From Patescibacteria group bacterium (GTDB lineage: Bacteria; Patescibacteriota; Minisyncoccia; Phycocordibacterales; DATDWN01), in contig JAUPVF010000050.1 of the NCBI GenBank assembly GCA_030917185.1, positions 1 through 37,776 on the forward strand: a stretch of 37,776 nt of DNA, in the 5' to 3' direction. Positions 14,319 through 22,555 of the stretch are shown here, piece by piece (position 1 is the first letter of the stretch; each line of letters starts with the position of its first letter). The notes under the pieces are model-generated. The model was given only the letters and a program-made list of their open reading frames with translations, did no database searches and was not told the origin of the DNA. The position numbers and the translations under genes were made by a program.

Positions 14319-15776
14319 ATGACTTCACTAGAAGAAATACGTGCTGTGCGGTTGGAAAAATTAAATATACTCAAACAAAAAGGGATCAATCCATATCCTG
14401 CAAAAGTTCCTCGTGATTTTGACATTGCGGTGTTGAAAGGGGATTTTGATCGGTATGAACGAGAAGCAGTTGCAGTATCAGTTGCCGGACGAGTCATGGT
14501 CATTCGTGGTCAGGGGTCAATCCTATTTGTTGTGTTGTTTGATGGTACCGAACGAATACAGGTTATTATCAAAAAAGATTCTCTGCCTGAAGATGTTTTT
14601 TCACTTTTTGTAGATGCGGTTGATATTGGTGATTTTATTTCTGTGACCGGTGTTCCTATTATGTCTAAGACAGGCGAGCAAAGTGTCATGATGGATAGTT
14701 GGGTTATAGCAACAAAAACTTTATTGCCACTACCCGACAAATGGGCCGGCTTGCAAGATGTAGAGGAACGGTATCGAAAGCGATATCTAGATTTATTAAT
14801 GAATCGGGATTTGCACGACTTGCTAGAAAGAAAGTCAAAGTTTTGGGATGTGACGCGCACCTTTATGAAAGAGCGAGGTTTTCTGGAAGTTGAAACTCCC
14901 ACACTAGAAACAACGACAGGCGGGGCGGAGGCAACTCCATTCAAAACACATCACAACGATTACGATTTAGATGTATACTTGCGTATTTCAGTCGGGGAGT
15001 TATGGCAGAAAAGACTGATGTCTGCTGGTTTTTCTAAAACATTTGAAATTGGTCGTGTCTATCGTAACGAAGGCACCAGCCCGGAACATGCCCAAGAGTT
15101 CACAAATATGGAGTTCTATTGGTCATTCGCAGATTATACCGATGGTATGAAGTTAGTTCGTGATTTATATATCACCATTGCTCGTGATGTTTTTGGGGCA
15201 ACAAAATTCACATCACGTGGACACACATTTGATTTGGCTGACGAATGGCAACAGATTGATTATTGTGAAGAAATATTAAAACAGACGGGCATTGATGTCC
15301 GAGTTGCAAGCGAAACAGACATGGCACATAAGGCAGAGGAACTTGGTATTGCATATGAAGGGAGTAATAAAGAACGATTGACTGATACACTGTGGAAATA
15401 TTGTCGCAAAAATATTTCTGGTCCAGCATTTCTTATCAATCATCCTGTGCTTGTTGCTCCACTCGCAAAAAGTATTTCAGGTACACCAGTCGTGCAAATG
15501 TTTCAGCCGATTATCGCTGGGAGCGAGGTAGGTAGGGGGTATTCAGAGTTAAATGATCCGATTGATCAACGAGAGAGATTTGAGGTACAACAAAAATTAA
15601 TTGATGCAGGGGATACTGAAGCCATGATGGCTGACTACGAGTTTGTTGAAATGCTAGAACATGGTATGCCACCGACATGCGGGTTTGGATTTGGAGAACG
15701 ATTGTTTGCAATTTTGGCAGATAAACCATTACGAGAATTACAGACATTTCCCCTCATGCGTCCAAAGCAAGAATAA
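14319..15776 (+). CDS. lysS: lysyl-tRNA synthetase, class II
   Basis: 485 aa. OB-fold N-terminus, FLEVETPTLE, TGGAEATPF and GMPPTCGFGFGERL motifs. Confidence 0.92.
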   Translation: MTSLEEIRAVRLEKLNILKQKGINPYPAKVPRDFDIAVLKGDFDRYEREAVAVSVAGRVMVIRGQGSILFVVLFDGTERIQVIIKKDSLPEDVFSLFVDAVDIGDFISVTGVPIMSKTGEQSVMMDSWVIATKTLLPLPDKWAGLQDVEERYRKRYLDLLMNRDLHDLLERKSKFWDVTRTFMKERGFLEVETPTLETTTGGAEATPFKTHHNDYDLDVYLRISVGELWQKRLMSAGFSKTFEIGRVYRNEGTSPEHAQEFTNMEFYWSFADYTDGMKLVRDLYITIARDVFGATKFTSRGHTFDLADEWQQIDYCEEILKQTGIDVRVASETDMAHKAEELGIAYEGSNKERLTDTLWKYCRKNISGPAFLINHPVLVAPLAKSISGTPVVQMFQPIIAGSEVGRGYSELNDPIDQRERFEVQQKLIDAGDTEAMMADYEFVEMLEHGMPPTCGFGFGERLFAILADKPLRELQTFPLMRPKQE

Positions 15777-15793
15777 AAAATATTAAATATATA

Positions 15794-15826
15794 AACTCCC
15801 TAAGGTATTGTCCTTAGGGAGTTTTT
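15794..15826. terminator. bidirectional hairpin terminator between lysS and 15846..16064
   Basis: ACTCCCTAAGG pairs with CCTTAGGGAGT, followed by TTTTT on the + strand. Confidence 0.75.
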
Positions 15827-15845
15827 GTAGGGCAGGGAGACATCA

Positions 15846-16064
15846 TTATCGATGGATTCTTCCTCTCAAAGAAGGAATAAGTCCATTGAATAATGGGGGA
15901 ACATTCGGTTTTTCCACCTTCATCTTTGCTATCCTATCATGTATTCTCTGGACAGCCTCCGGTGTGAAGTTCGCAACATTAATCCATGGTCCTTTGGGAG
16001 AAGCAAATCTCCCATCCTTGGTCCGTAGATATTTTACCGGCTCGAACCTTGCGTCCTTACTCAT
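15846..16064 (-). CDS. hypothetical 72-aa basic protein
   Basis: AGGAG about 14 nt upstream of the ATG on the minus strand. Preferred over the overlapping + ORF 15808..16110, which begins inside the terminator hairpin. Confidence 0.5.
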   Translation of the reverse strand: MSKDARFEPVKYLRTKDGRFASPKGPWINVANFTPEAVQRIHDRIAKMKVEKPNVPPLFNGLIPSLRGRIHR

Positions 16065-16143
16065 TTTTTATTTGTACTCCTCTGAAAATAATATCATACT
16101 AGATAGATAGTTTCGACTAAAGCAAGAATGAGAATAAAAAATA

Positions 16144-16173
16144 CGCCACCCGAGCGGTCGGCTCTGGGTGGCG
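16144..16173. terminator. compound hairpin, likely terminator of 16183..16638
   Basis: CGCCACCC (16144-16151) pairs with GGGTGGCG (16166-16173), with an inner GAGC/GCTC. A-run and T-run on either side. Confidence 0.6.
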
Positions 16174-16182
16174 ATTTTCAGT

Positions 16183-16638
16183 CTACAATGTTGGGGATAA
16201 AACGGATACCACAATTTTAATTGCTTCATCTAGGTCAGATACAATAAATCCAGTGACTTCTTGAAGGATGGTGTGTTGATGGATATTATCTTTTTCCATG
16301 ACCACAATGATTGGTTTTCTCCAAGCATCTGCCCAAGCAATTTCCATGACAGTGCCGATAGAAACCTTCTTCGTTCCTAGAAAATTTACTATAATCATGT
16401 CACATCTCATCACATCCATGCGATCACGGCAAGTGATTCCTTTTTTACTGCTCAATGGATATTCTTCATAGGAATGACTAATCGATTTCTCATTTTCGAG
16501 ATATTTTTTTCCTCGCATGGGAGAAACCGCTGTGATGTGTAGTGGGAGTTGGTTTGCAACATATTCTCTCCACGAGGTACATTCTTTGTAGGATGTTCCC
16601 AATATTGGACCAGCGCAATACAACAAAAACTCTTTCAT
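16183..16638 (-). CDS. nucleoside 2-deoxyribosyltransferase-superfamily protein (NDT-like fold; exact activity unknown)
   Basis: N-terminal LYCAGPI glycine-loop style start, and GTVMEIAWA resembling the GTxxExGxA motif of this fold. 151 aa. Confidence 0.65.
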   Translation of the reverse strand: MKEFLLYCAGPILGTSYKECTSWREYVANQLPLHITAVSPMRGKKYLENEKSISHSYEEYPLSSKKGITCRDRMDVMRCDMIIVNFLGTKKVSIGTVMEIAWADAWRKPIIVVMEKDNIHQHTILQEVTGFIVSDLDEAIKIVVSVLSPTL

Positions 16639-16725
16639 AAAGAAATCCTTTCTACTCGATTTGTATCATATTTATAAAAAAATACAAGTACTTATTTTAC
16701 TAATTAAAATAAGTGTTTTATGGCA

Positions 16726-16757
16726 CACCATTATCCACAGAAAAGTGGATAATGGTG
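16726..16757. promoter_or_regulatory. perfect 13-bp inverted repeat containing a consensus DnaA-box sequence
   Basis: CACCATTATCCAC agaaaa GTGGATAATGGTG. TTATCCACA lies at 16731-16739. Located in the divergent region between the NDT-like gene and mraZ. Confidence 0.5.
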
Positions 16758-16810
16758 TTTGCTGGTGGGAAGAAGTGGTATATAATGTTAAGCAAGTGGG
16801 AGATTGTGGG
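16745..16810 (+). promoter_or_regulatory. phased GTGG(G/T/A) repeats (MraZ-box-like) around a TATAAT at 16781-16786
   Basis: GTGGA 16745, GTGGG 16765, GTGGT 16775, GTGGG 16796, GTGGG 16806 (spacings of 10 or about 20 nt). TTTGCT-17-TATAAT promoter candidate. Confidence 0.5.
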
Positions 16811-16930
16811 TGATTGATTTTTAAGGAGCAGTAGCAACTATAAAAATCATCATGACGCTGTATCCAGCGTCACAGAGTAATATTCCATAACCACTTATGT
16901 GAGATACGTTTGTTTTATAAAATCACCCAC

Positions 16931-17365
16931 ATGTTGATTGGAGAATACACACACAGCATTGATGAAAAAAATCGAGTTTCGCTTCCAGCGAAGTTTCGTT
17001 CTGAAATGGGAAAAAAAATTGTGTTAACTCCCGGACTTGATCAGTGTTTGTTCGTATTCACTCAAAAAGAATGGGCAAAGATTGATGAAAAGTTAAATCA
17101 GTCATCACTGTTGCAGGCAGACAATCGAAGTTTTAACCGTTTTATGTTTGGAGGTGCAGTTGAAGTAGAAGTGGATTCCATTGGTCGTATTTTGATTCCC
17201 GATTTCCTTCGCGATCGTGCCAATCTCAAGAACAAAGTTGTTGTGATTGGCGTGTCATCACGAGTTGAGATTTGGAACGAAAAGACATGGTGTGAATACA
17301 AAAAGGTTGTGGAAAAGCAAGCAGACACACTTGCAGAAAAGTTGGGTCAAGTGGGTGTTTTATAA
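16931..17365 (+). CDS. mraZ: transcriptional regulator MraZ
   Basis: ORF trimmed to MLIGEYTHSIDEKNRVSLPAKFR. Second half-repeat DSIGRILIPDFLR. First gene of the dcw block. Confidence 0.9.
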   Translation: MLIGEYTHSIDEKNRVSLPAKFRSEMGKKIVLTPGLDQCLFVFTQKEWAKIDEKLNQSSLLQADNRSFNRFMFGGAVEVEVDSIGRILIPDFLRDRANLKNKVVVIGVSSRVEIWNEKTWCEYKKVVEKQADTLAEKLGQVGVL

Positions 17366-17521
17366 GACTTCCATATTCGGACAATTTCTTTGTTGAAATG
17401 TAATTCATAATTCTCATCGTACCAGTAAGTACGCCTCGAATTTTGAATCACATTTCGCCTCGAACTTGTTCCAAATCTGAAAGTCCAGATATATGGTAGT
17501 AATTCTGAATAAAAAATCCTT

Positions 17522-18409
17522 ATGATCCACAAGACAGTTCTTTTACATGAAGCAATAGACGAACTCAACATCAATGCAGGTGATATTTTTGTTGATGGAA
17601 CGCTTGGTAATGGCGGACATACAGAAGAGGTGTGTAAAAGGTTCGGCAATACCGTTGTCATGATCGGTATTGACCTTGACCCTGATGCAATCGCTCGATC
17701 GCAGGCACGCTTGTCACAGTATGCAGTAACGTATGTGCAGGGTAGTTTCAGACAAATAGATACACTGTTGGATTCAGTCCACGTTCAGAAAGTAAATAAA
17801 ATCCTGCTTGATATTGGTTTGTCATCTAATCAGTTTGAGGAATCTGGTCGGGGGTTTTCGTTTCAAAAAGACGAACCACTGATCATGTCATTCAAACGTG
17901 AGTTAACCGAAGAAGACATCACTGCACGGGAGATTGTTAACATGTGGGATGAAGAAAATATCAGAGCGATTTTGGAAGGATATGGCGAAGAACAGTTTGC
18001 ATACAAAATCGCTAAGGCAATTGTTGCTCGGAGGGATGTTAAACCAATTGAAACAACATTTGATTTGGTTGAGATCATTAAATCAGCAACACCGATGTTC
18101 TACCATCACCGCAAAATCCACCCAGCAACTAAAACTTTTCAGGCATTACGCATTACAGTGAATGATGAAATCCAGAGTTTGAAAGAGGGTTTACAGAAAG
18201 GGTTTGATCGGTTATTGCCGAACGGACGAATAGCGGTCATATCATTTCATAGTTTGGAAGACCGAGTCGTCAAACAATTTTTTAAGGAAAAAGAAGTGGA
18301 AGGTTTGGGTCATCGTACACATAAAAAACCAATCATTCCGACAGATGAAGAGCAAAAAGAGAATCCACGCTCACGAAGTGCAAAATTACGAATTATAGAA
18401 AAAAATTAA
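17522..18409 (+). CDS. rsmH: 16S rRNA (cytosine1402-N4)-methyltransferase RsmH
   Basis: HKTVLLHEAIDEL...DGTLGNGGH...DIGLSSNQ...SFHSLEDRVVK...NPRSRSAKLR. Confidence 0.92.
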   Translation: MIHKTVLLHEAIDELNINAGDIFVDGTLGNGGHTEEVCKRFGNTVVMIGIDLDPDAIARSQARLSQYAVTYVQGSFRQIDTLLDSVHVQKVNKILLDIGLSSNQFEESGRGFSFQKDEPLIMSFKRELTEEDITAREIVNMWDEENIRAILEGYGEEQFAYKIAKAIVARRDVKPIETTFDLVEIIKSATPMFYHHRKIHPATKTFQALRITVNDEIQSLKEGLQKGFDRLLPNGRIAVISFHSLEDRVVKQFFKEKEVEGLGHRTHKKPIIPTDEEQKENPRSRSAKLRIIEKN

Positions 18410-18426
18410 TAATTAAACCAAAACAT

Positions 18427-18744
18427 ATGACAGATATAATACGAGAAATGGATACGAATAAAATACTGTTCTGGACATTGTCCGGTATATTGCTCCTGTG
18501 CATGGGTTTTTATATGTTTTGTATCAATGTCACCATTCGTAATGTAGTTGCACGTGAACAATTAGAAACAAAATCATCAGCACTATTGTTGTCTATCGGG
18601 AACAAAGAATTTCAATATATTACACAGCGAAATGCTGTTACATTGCCTTTGGCATATTCTCTTGGGTTCAAGGAAGTGACATCAAAAACCTATATTTCAA
18701 AAAAATCAGTTAGTTATGTGTCGTACGTCAACAAAGAAATTTAA
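18427..18744 (+). CDS. single-pass membrane protein in the FtsL position
   Basis: 105 aa, one TM helix (FWTLSGILLLCMGFYMFCI), sits between rsmH and ftsI. Confidence 0.6.
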   Translation: MTDIIREMDTNKILFWTLSGILLLCMGFYMFCINVTIRNVVAREQLETKSSALLLSIGNKEFQYITQRNAVTLPLAYSLGFKEVTSKTYISKKSVSYVSYVNKEI

Positions 18745-18777
18745 TTCTTTGGTTGTTTGTGTGTTAATATATTTATA

Positions 18778-20487
18778 ATGAAATCCACTTACACAACGCG
18801 GATACGTCTATTGTCGCTGTTTATTTTTTTGTTTGCTCTTTTGATTATTGGCAAGTTGTACATGTTACAGATTGTTAATAATGAAATGTACACAAATAAA
18901 GCAGATCGACAGTATTCCACAACGGGAACCGGTGTGTTTTCTCGGGGTACGATATTTTTTCAGAATAAAGACGGTAGTTTGGTTTCTGCGGCAACACTCA
19001 AATCTGGTTTTATTATTACCATTAATCCACAGATATTAAAGGATCCAGAAACAGTATATGAAAAAATAAATGCATTGTTACCGCTTGACCGGGATGTGTT
19101 TCTGGCAAAAGCATCAAAAAAGAATGACCCATACGAGGAAATCGCAAAACATGTAGATGAAGCGGTTGGAAAACAGATTAGTGCTCTTTCTATTCCAGGA
19201 TTAAAAGTATACAAAGATAAATGGCGTTTTTATCCTGGGGGAAATGTGGCGGCACATACAATAGGTTTTTTGGGGTTTAAGGGTAACGAATATGCGGGAC
19301 GATATGGGCTAGAAAGTCAGTACGAGTCAGTATTAGCCCGCACTGATACAGCATATGTTAATTTTTTTGCTCAGATATTTTCTAATATCAAACAAACAAC
19401 CGCAGGGGACAGTATTAAACAGGAGGGTGATGTTGTGACAACAATAGAGCCAACCGTTCAATCATTTTTTCAGGAAGTTTTAGCAAGCACAACTGCAAAA
19501 TGGAATGCGGATTATGTGGGGGGAATTATTATAAACCCAACAACAGGAGAGATTTATGCGATGGATACATATCCGACATTTGACCCAAACAACACTCAGG
19601 TAGAAAAAAATATCCAAGTTTTTTCTAATCGGCTTGTGGAGGACACCTACGAAATGGGTTCTATTATTAAACCTCTCACTATTGCTGCGGGTATTGATAA
19701 GGGGCTGATTACTGCTCATTCAACATATGATGATACCGGTTCTATGATGGTAAATGGTAAAAAGATTTCTAATTTTGATGGTAAGGCTCGTGGTGTGGTA
19801 GATATGCAACAGGTGCTTTCACAATCATTGAACTTGGGAGTTGCGCATGTTGTGCGGTTGCTTGGTAATACACAATTTACTGACTATATGTATCGGTTTG
19901 GTTTGAATGAAAAAACTGGTATTGATTTGCCGAATGAAGGACGTAATCAAGTCAAAAACTTGGAGGCACCTCGTGATTTGGAACATGTGACTGCGTCGTT
20001 CGGTCAAGGTATCGCACTTACTCCAATGTCTACGGTTCGTGCATTATCGGCTATTGCAAATGGCGGATTGCTTATACATCCTCATGTGGTTAAAAAAATA
20101 AATTACAAAATTGGTTTAGTTGATGAACCTGCAATAGGTGTAGGTGATCGGGTAATTAAAAAAGAAACTGCCGATGAAGTGTCGCGTATGATGGTGTACA
20201 GTGTTGATCATGTGTTGTCTAATGGTGCAATTAAACTAGAAAATTACAGTGTCGCGGCAAAAACAGGTACTGCACAGATTGCTAAAAGTGGAGGCGGGGG
20301 ATACTATGATGATAGGTTTCTGCACTCGTTTGTAGGTTTTTTCCCTGCCTATAATCCGAAGTTTTTAATTTTCTTTTTTGCCTACAATCCCAAGGGGGCA
20401 AAATACGGTTCAGAAACTTTGACCATGCCGTTTAGTGATACAGTACGATTTCTTATTAATTATTACGAGGTCCCTCCCGACCGATAA
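18778..20487 (+). CDS. ftsI: division-type penicillin-binding protein (FtsI/PBP3-like transpeptidase)
   Basis: Trimmed to MKSTYTTRIRLLSLFIF. Motifs SIIKP and KTGTAQ. dcw-cluster position. Confidence 0.85.
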   Translation: MKSTYTTRIRLLSLFIFLFALLIIGKLYMLQIVNNEMYTNKADRQYSTTGTGVFSRGTIFFQNKDGSLVSAATLKSGFIITINPQILKDPETVYEKINALLPLDRDVFLAKASKKNDPYEEIAKHVDEAVGKQISALSIPGLKVYKDKWRFYPGGNVAAHTIGFLGFKGNEYAGRYGLESQYESVLARTDTAYVNFFAQIFSNIKQTTAGDSIKQEGDVVTTIEPTVQSFFQEVLASTTAKWNADYVGGIIINPTTGEIYAMDTYPTFDPNNTQVEKNIQVFSNRLVEDTYEMGSIIKPLTIAAGIDKGLITAHSTYDDTGSMMVNGKKISNFDGKARGVVDMQQVLSQSLNLGVAHVVRLLGNTQFTDYMYRFGLNEKTGIDLPNEGRNQVKNLEAPRDLEHVTASFGQGIALTPMSTVRALSAIANGGLLIHPHVVKKINYKIGLVDEPAIGVGDRVIKKETADEVSRMMVYSVDHVLSNGAIKLENYSVAAKTGTAQIAKSGGGGYYDDRFLHSFVGFFPAYNPKFLIFFFAYNPKGAKYGSETLTMPFSDTVRFLINYYEVPPDR

Positions 20488-20503
20488 AAAATAGGTACAT
20501 ATA

Positions 20504-21802
20504 ATGAATTTCTTTAAGATTTTGATAAAACGTATATTTCAGTACGAAGCACAACTTGTGCTGAAGCGCTATAAACCAAAAATAATTGCCATTGTTGGTA
20601 GTGTTGGCAAGACGACAACACGAGATGCAATATATCTGCTTCTTTCAAAAAAATATTTTGTACGAAAAAGTGAAAAAAGTTTTACGGCTGAACTCGGTGT
20701 TCCGCTTGCTATTATCGGTTGTGAATACGGTACGGGGTCAGTCAATCAATGGGTTTCAAATTTGCTTGAAGGACTACAGTTGCTTCTTGTGCCAAGACGA
20801 TACCCTGAATGGTTGATTTTGGAAATTGATGGTGATAAGCCGGGGGATATATCTGGCATCAGTAGTTGGTTGTCACCAGATATCGTGGTTGTGACTGCGA
20901 TTGGTGATATTCCTGCACATATTGAATCATTTAGTTCAAAAGAGATATTTATTATTGAAAAAAGACATATTCTTGATGCATTGGGTAGTGATGGATTGGT
21001 AATCTATAACGCAGATGATACGGTCGCTACTCAACTGGTGTCATCTGTTACGTGCCGGAAAATATCTTGCGCGCTTGGCGAAAAGGGTGATGTTAAAGCA
21101 ACAACACCAACTATTCTTTATGCAGGTAAACAAAAAGATATTCCAATTGGACTTACATACGATGTGACGTTGGGTGATAATCATGGTACGTTGACTCACC
21201 TCAATGTACTCGGTATTCATGTGGTGTATGCGTCATTATTGGCAATTGCTATTGGTATTGAAAAAAATATACCATGGCAGGATTGTATTGGACTTGGGTC
21301 AACATTATCTGCATTGCCAGGACGGATGAAAATTATTCAAGGGATTAATGATTCTGTTATTATTGATGATTCATACAACGCATCGCCATTGGCTATGGAT
21401 CAGGCGCTTGATGTGTGTCAGCATATCCAAACAACACATAATAAAATACTAGTTGTGGGGGACATGTTGGAACTAGGCAAATACTCTGCCGATTCACATC
21501 GGCATGTTGCCATACGAGCAAAAGATATTATGCAATATGTTTTTTGTGTTGGTATCCGTGCTCAGAGGGTTTATGAAGAGTTGATTAATCTCGGTTTTGA
21601 TAAGGAACGCACAAAAGTTTTTGATCGTGCCGAGTTGGCTGGTTTGGCGGCCAAAGAGGTTCTTGGGGCAGGGGATATTGTGCTCGTCAAAGGTTCTCAG
21701 GCGATGCGTATGGAGCGGGTTGTTGAACAAATCATGCGTCATCCAGAAGACGCTCCCAAACTGCTTGTTCGCCAAGAACCAGAATGGATTGAAAGAGATT
21801 AG
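20504..21802 (+). CDS. murF: UDP-N-acetylmuramoyl-tripeptide--D-alanyl-D-alanine ligase
   Basis: Mur ligase P-loop IVGSVGKTTT and DDSYNASPLAMDQAL (MurF-type DDxYNAxP). 432 aa. Confidence 0.8.
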   Translation: MNFFKILIKRIFQYEAQLVLKRYKPKIIAIVGSVGKTTTRDAIYLLLSKKYFVRKSEKSFTAELGVPLAIIGCEYGTGSVNQWVSNLLEGLQLLLVPRRYPEWLILEIDGDKPGDISGISSWLSPDIVVVTAIGDIPAHIESFSSKEIFIIEKRHILDALGSDGLVIYNADDTVATQLVSSVTCRKISCALGEKGDVKATTPTILYAGKQKDIPIGLTYDVTLGDNHGTLTHLNVLGIHVVYASLLAIAIGIEKNIPWQDCIGLGSTLSALPGRMKIIQGINDSVIIDDSYNASPLAMDQALDVCQHIQTTHNKILVVGDMLELGKYSADSHRHVAIRAKDIMQYVFCVGIRAQRVYEELINLGFDKERTKVFDRAELAGLAAKEVLGAGDIVLVKGSQAMRMERVVEQIMRHPEDAPKLLVRQEPEWIERD

Positions 21803-21851
21803 AATTGATTATGAATAAAAAATAAGGTATTCTGATTTTGTTATTGTTTTC

Positions 21852-21982
21852 GGCCTTATCGTCTATCGGTGAATTTGGGTTGGGACCCAAGTGAACGGTC
21901 GGAGCACGGCGGTGCGAGACGGGGTCGCGAGCAAAGTCAGCAGACTTTGAATCGTGACTAGGACATTGGGTTAATATAGAAG
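21852..21982 (+). pseudogene. tRNA-Glu-derived fragment interrupted by an 88-nt GC-rich hairpin-rich insert
   Basis: 21852-21870 matches tRNA positions 1-19 at 18 of 19 positions. TAGGACAT (21959-21966) matches the next 8 tRNA bases. The insert spans 21871-21958. No anticodon arm or 3' acceptor strand follows. Confidence 0.5.
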
Positions 21983-22011
21983 ATTAAGTTGTTTTTTTGG
22001 AACCATTTTAC

Positions 22012-22083
22012 GGCCCTATCGTCTATCGGTTAGGACATAGCCTTCTCAAGGCTAGAAGCGCGGTTCGATTCCGCGTAGGGTCA
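22012..22083 (+). tRNA. tRNA-Glu (anticodon CUC), CCA not encoded
   Basis: Manual cloverleaf. Acceptor GGCCCTA/TAGGGTC (one G-U), D stem GTCT/GGAC, anticodon stem TAGCC/GGCTA with loop TTCTCAA (CTC at 22045-22047), T arm CGCGG-TTCGATT-CCGCG, discriminator A. Confidence 0.9.
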
Positions 22084-22087
22084 CAGA

Positions 22088-22116
22088 TTGACTTAATGCA
22101 CATTTTGTGATATAAA
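22088..22116 (+). promoter_or_regulatory. promoter TTGACT-17-(TGa)TATAAA for 22134..22349
   Basis: TTGACT 22088-22093, TATAAA 22111-22116. AGAGGT SD before ATG 22134. Confidence 0.6.
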
Positions 22117-22133
22117 CGTATTAGAGGTAAGCG

Positions 22134-22349
22134 ATGATAAATTACGAAGTTTGGTATGTGGAACTCCGTTATCGGGATGAGTCACGTACATGGATGACTT
22201 CTTCCGATCCCAAATCGATCCCTTTCGAGGAAGCAGATGACCAGAAGGCAGTTACTTTTGCCAAGAAACTTCTGAGCTCTCCGAGCGATGATCCTCTAGT
22301 TACCCGAAGGGTTTTCAATAAACTAGTACGGATCGTCGAAGTCAGTTAA
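22134..22349 (+). CDS. hypothetical 71-aa protein
   Basis: ORF with its own promoter, SD and downstream hairpin. No motif recognised. Confidence 0.6.
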   Translation: MINYEVWYVELRYRDESRTWMTSSDPKSIPFEEADDQKAVTFAKKLLSSPSDDPLVTRRVFNKLVRIVEVS

Positions 22350-22354
22350 TCTAG

Positions 22355-22411
22355 CCCGCCTTTCACGGCGACGGTAGAAAACCTGTCAGTCGTATGGCGG
22401 GTTTTCTTTTT
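22355..22411 (+). terminator. long imperfect hairpin plus T-tract
   Basis: CCCGCC (22355-22360) pairs with GGCGGG (22396-22401), with a 35-nt partly paired interior, followed by TTTTCTTTTT. Confidence 0.45.
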
Positions 22412-22555
22412 ATCCCAACTCCACAAAATATCCATTATTTATAGTAATACCAAGTTCCAATTCTATTTTTTTGAATTACAAAAATCTTCCAAAGGTGAGT
22501 TTTTATATCAAAATTATTTAAATATTGTTACAATTAAACATTAGAGGTGTTCTTT

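Noticed and set aside
15808-16110. 100-aa plus-strand ORF overlapping 15846..16064.
   Set aside because: It begins inside the lysS terminator hairpin and lacks an SD. The minus-strand ORF has an AGGAG and a more protein-like composition, though neither is certain.
22461-22486. TTTTTTGAATTACAAAAA as an empty insertion site of the GC-rich element (termini TTTTTGAAAC/GTTTCAAAAA).
   Set aside because: This is a short AT-rich palindrome that is easily produced by chance in this genome. The junction does not reproduce the element termini exactly.
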